Positions 61,057 to 64,000 of a DNA stretch of 64,000 nucleotides are shown here, piece by piece; position 1 is the first letter of the stretch; each line of letters opens with the position of its first letter. Under the pieces are notes generated by a model, which was given only the letters and a program-made list of their open reading frames with translations, ran no database searches and was not told where the DNA came from. Source of the DNA: Candidatus Forterrea multitransposorum CG_2015-17_Forterrea_25_41. Its GTDB lineage: Archaea; Iainarchaeota; Iainarchaeia; Iainarchaeales; CSSED10-239. Location: positions 1 to 64,000 of the forward strand of contig CP045477.1 of assembly GCA_009392915.1 (NCBI GenBank). The letters are read 5' to 3'. The translations under genes and the position numbers were made by a program.

Positions 61057-61551
61057 ATGAATTTACCAATATCAAAACCAATAGTTGAAAATGTTTTCTT
61101 AGATGTAATAGATCCAGTTAAATTGTTATCTGATCTTAATCAAAAGCAATTTACTGGCTTTATTTATCTTACTATTCATTCTTTGAATAATTTTGAAGAA
61201 AATATTTTATTGTTTTTAAAAGGTAATATTTCTGGTTCTATTTATTTAAATAATACTTATAATGTTGAAATTTTTGGAAAAGAAGCATTTGATTTTTCAA
61301 TTAATAATTTAGGTTATAATGATGGGACAATAAATATTTATGAATTGTCTGCAGAACAATTAAAATTAATATTAATTTTTAATGATAAAATAAAATATGA
61401 AACAAAAATTGATGAAAAATCACTCTCTAAATTAAGTTTTAAATACAATGAAGATTTATTTAGAGAAAGATTGAAAAATAAGATTTTAAATGTTAAATTA
61501 AGAGAAGAATTATTTGACAAATTTAAAATTAATGAGTTATTAAGGTTATAA
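61057..61551 (+). CDS. hypothetical protein (first gene of a minD-linked trio)
   Basis: 164-aa ORF tightly coupled to its neighbours (gaps of 3 bp upstream and downstream). No motifs recognised. Confidence 0.3.
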   Translation: MNLPISKPIVENVFLDVIDPVKLLSDLNQKQFTGFIYLTIHSLNNFEENILLFLKGNISGSIYLNNTYNVEIFGKEAFDFSINNLGYNDGTINIYELSAEQLKLILIFNDKIKYETKIDEKSLSKLSFKYNEDLFRERLKNKILNVKLREELFDKFKINELLRL

Positions 61552-61554
61552 TTT

Positions 61555-61995
61555 ATGAAAAAAATATTATCTAGATTTCTAACAAGATTATCTACAAAAA
61601 TGTTAAATATTGATGATTTAAAAACTCCTAAAGAGTTAGAACCATTATTAGAGTATAGGCCAGTTAATTTATGTTCAAAAAACTTAGATGATTTTTTATT
61701 AAAATTAAGACATAAACATCTTGTAAATCATATAATTGTAACTGATCTTGAAGGAATAGTAATTGGTAGTACAGAAAAAGACTTAAGAGAGGGTTTTAAA
61801 AGTGCTGCAATGTATAATTATATTAATACAGAAATTAAAGAATTATCAATCATCTTAATTGAATCAAAAGGATGGAACATAATATTTAAATATAGTGACA
61901 ATGTATATTTTATTAAAGCAAATGATAGTCTTAGTAGAATAGAAGTAATGGCTATTGTAAATGATTTAGAAAATTATTTAAAAGTTATAAAGTGA
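61555..61995 (+). CDS. possible Roadblock/LC7-like small protein
   Basis: The pattern IIVTDLEGIVIGST...AAMYNYI...IILIESKGWNIIF...VYFIKAN loosely resembles Roadblock/LC7. This is a weak call. Confidence 0.3.
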   Translation: MKKILSRFLTRLSTKMLNIDDLKTPKELEPLLEYRPVNLCSKNLDDFLLKLRHKHLVNHIIVTDLEGIVIGSTEKDLREGFKSAAMYNYINTEIKELSIILIESKGWNIIFKYSDNVYFIKANDSLSRIEVMAIVNDLENYLKVIK

Positions 61996-62002
61996 AATTT
62001 AT

Positions 62003-62791
62003 ATGGGTGAAATATTAACAATTGCATCAGGAAAAGGCGGTGTTGGAAAAACAACACTAACAGCTAATTTAGGGATTGCTTTAAGTGATTTAGGTTTTAA
62101 AGTATTATTGATAGATGCAGATATTGCAATGTCAAATCTTAGTCTATTAATTGGTCTTGAAAATCCACCAATTACTTTACATGATATTTTATTAGGTTCT
62201 TCTTCAGCTCAAGATGCAGTTTATGATGGACCTAATGGAATTAAGATTATCCCTTCTGGACTTTCAATTTCTAATTATCAAAGAGTAGATGCTGAAAGAT
62301 TAATTTCTGTTGCAAAAAGTTTAATTTCAGATTTTGATTATATTTTAATTGATGCTCCTGCTGGTATTGATAAAAATGTTTTATCAGCAATTTCAGCTTC
62401 AACACAAGTTTTATTAATAACTGAACCAACATCTCCTTCTGTAGCAGATGTTTTTAAAGTTAAAATTGTTTGTGAAAGATTAAATCAAAAAGTTTTAGGA
62501 ATTGTTGTAAATAAAGTAAGTAGTACTAAGGGTGAAATTTCTGAAAAAGAAATTATGAAAATGCTTGAACTTCCAAGTTATGGAACTATACCTTACAGTG
62601 CAGACATTAGAGAGTCTTTCTTACTTAAAAAAATAAAACCTATCTTAATACATAATCCTAATAGTCCTTCTGCAAATTCTTTTAGATATATTGCAATAAG
62701 ATTATCAGGAAGAGAAGTTAAAGTTAAAGACGAAAAAAAGAAAAGTGGCTTTTTTAGTTTTTTAAAAAGATTATTTTCAAAAAAAAAATAA
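62003..62791 (+). CDS. minD: archaeal MinD/ParA-family ATPase
   Basis: Deviant Walker A SGKGGVGKTT, LLIDAD and DAPAG motifs, basic C-terminal tail. Confidence 0.85.
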   Translation: MGEILTIASGKGGVGKTTLTANLGIALSDLGFKVLLIDADIAMSNLSLLIGLENPPITLHDILLGSSSAQDAVYDGPNGIKIIPSGLSISNYQRVDAERLISVAKSLISDFDYILIDAPAGIDKNVLSAISASTQVLLITEPTSPSVADVFKVKIVCERLNQKVLGIVVNKVSSTKGEISEKEIMKMLELPSYGTIPYSADIRESFLLKKIKPILIHNPNSPSANSFRYIAIRLSGREVKVKDEKKKSGFFSFLKRLFSKKK

Positions 62792-62802
62792 GGTGATTTA
62801 AA

Positions 62803-63033
62803 ATGAGTGATTCAAAAATAACAAGACCATTTGACATGTTAAATAATGCAATAAATAAGCAAGTTTTAATACAGTTAAAAGAAAATGTTCAAGTTAGAGG
62901 TAAATTAAAAGCATTTGATGTACATATGAATATAGTTATTGAAGATGCTGAAGAAATAATTGATGGAAAGATGAAAACTAAATATGTTGAAACTTTAGTT
63001 AGAGGAGATAATATAGTTTGGATAACTGTTTAA
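62803..63033 (+). CDS. Sm-like archaeal protein (LSm/SmAP)
   Basis: Sm1/Sm2 motifs: VLIQLKENVQVRGKLKAFDVHMNIVIEDAEE and LVRGDNIVWI. Confidence 0.85.
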   Translation: MSDSKITRPFDMLNNAINKQVLIQLKENVQVRGKLKAFDVHMNIVIEDAEEIIDGKMKTKYVETLVRGDNIVWITV

Positions 63034-63054
63034 AATTTAATTTTAAAATAAGAT

Positions 63055-63999
63055 GTGTGTTATATGATATTGGCTATATTTACTAAATTTATTGAAAATT
63101 TTAATAATAATGTTAAAGATAGCCTTTATGATATAATTCCTCTTAACTATATTTTTATTTTTGTAATTATAATATTTGTTTTAGTTGCAATTTTAGTTTT
63201 CTCAACACTAATTTTACCGTTATTTAAAAAGTCTTCAAAAAGACTTTATAAAAGATATCTTTTTTTAAGAGATGAAATGAAAAGAGTAGATACTCTTTAT
63301 TCTCAAAAAAAAATTATATTTGATGAATATGTATCTTTACAGTTTCAGAATGCACAAGAATATTATCAAATTGTAAAAATATTATCTTCAGATCCAAAAT
63401 TTAAATCTAAACTTCAAAGTTACACTCTTCAGGATAATTTATCAAACCCAAAACCTCCTTCAAGAAAACCTTTAACAAAAGAAGAAAAAGATTTACAACA
63501 AATTGAAAAATTAACTTCTGTTTTAAAACCAAGAGCTAGTGATTTTACAAAAGAAGATATATATAGTGTTTTGCTTTATGAAGGTTTTGAAGAAAATATT
63601 ATTCAAAGTGTATTAAAAGCTTTAGTCTCTCAGAATGTGACCTTTTCAAAAATATCTTCTACTGAAAATAAAAAAGATTTATCTTCTTTCTTAGATAATT
63701 TAATTAAAGGAAAAGAATCTGATCTTAAAAATCAAGGTGAAACTTCTCAATCAATTTCATTTGATAAAAATAAAGAGAATGATTTCTTTAAAGAAGATTT
63801 TAAAAGAAAAGAACTTAATTTTGATAATATTAAAGATGTTGATTATACTTTTAAGGTTGAACCTGAAAAGAAAGAAAAAGTTGGTTTCTTTAAAAGACTA
63901 TTTGGAAAAAAGAAAAAACCACCTGTTAAAGCATCTATAACAGAAGTTGACAGTATCTTAAAGAATATTGAAAATGAATTAAAGACTAAAGAAATTTAA
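63055..63999 (+). CDS. membrane-anchored lysine/glutamate-rich hypothetical protein
   Basis: One TM helix (IFIFVIIIFVLVAILVFSTLILPLF). The rest is low complexity. Confidence 0.35.
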   Translation: MCYMILAIFTKFIENFNNNVKDSLYDIIPLNYIFIFVIIIFVLVAILVFSTLILPLFKKSSKRLYKRYLFLRDEMKRVDTLYSQKKIIFDEYVSLQFQNAQEYYQIVKILSSDPKFKSKLQSYTLQDNLSNPKPPSRKPLTKEEKDLQQIEKLTSVLKPRASDFTKEDIYSVLLYEGFEENIIQSVLKALVSQNVTFSKISSTENKKDLSSFLDNLIKGKESDLKNQGETSQSISFDKNKENDFFKEDFKRKELNFDNIKDVDYTFKVEPEKKEKVGFFKRLFGKKKKPPVKASITEVDSILKNIENELKTKEI

Positions 64000-64000
64000 T

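Overview
Very AT-rich, tightly packed archaeal chromosome segment. The gene content points to a small-genome DPANN-type archaeon (Woese-/Pace-/Nanoarchaeota-like); that assignment is inference. Most of the window is core informational and housekeeping genes: Orc1/Cdc6, PCNA, Rad50, PriS, GINS, aIF2-alpha, aRF1, TruD, Hel308, proteasome beta, aCPSF1, CCA enzyme, TrpRS, TBP, L21e, RpoF, KsgA, AglB, MinD and an LSm protein. It also holds an orphan 5S rRNA and three clustered tRNA-Ser genes. The outstanding feature is an accessory island at about 23.3-30.8 kb. It contains an IS5/ISH1-like insertion sequence and a complete diversity-generating retroelement (DGR). The DGR has a target gene with a C-terminal variable repeat (VR), two tandem Avd-like genes, a 121-bp template repeat (TR) and a DGR-type reverse transcriptase. 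VR and TR differ at 13 positions, 12 of them TR adenines. The DGR target combines an archaeal pilin-type class III signal peptide with an FGE/C-type-lectin-fold ligand-binding domain. The 3' end of the RT gene occurs twice as a perfect 99-bp repeat flanking an inserted AAA-ATPase gene, and a hicBA toxin-antitoxin pair follows. Other unusual items: a 434-aa LAGLIDADG intein splits aRF1 exactly after the catalytic GGQ motif. One 960-aa ORF fuses a flavodiiron protein to the gamma and alpha modules of a 2-oxoacid:ferredoxin oxidoreductase. A Kelch propeller is nested inside a PKD-like repeat of a second pilin-signal protein. A HerA-like giant ATPase carries a perfect 15-bp coding tandem repeat. 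A GC-enriched candidate structured RNA lies upstream of the tRNA cluster. No CRISPR array was seen.
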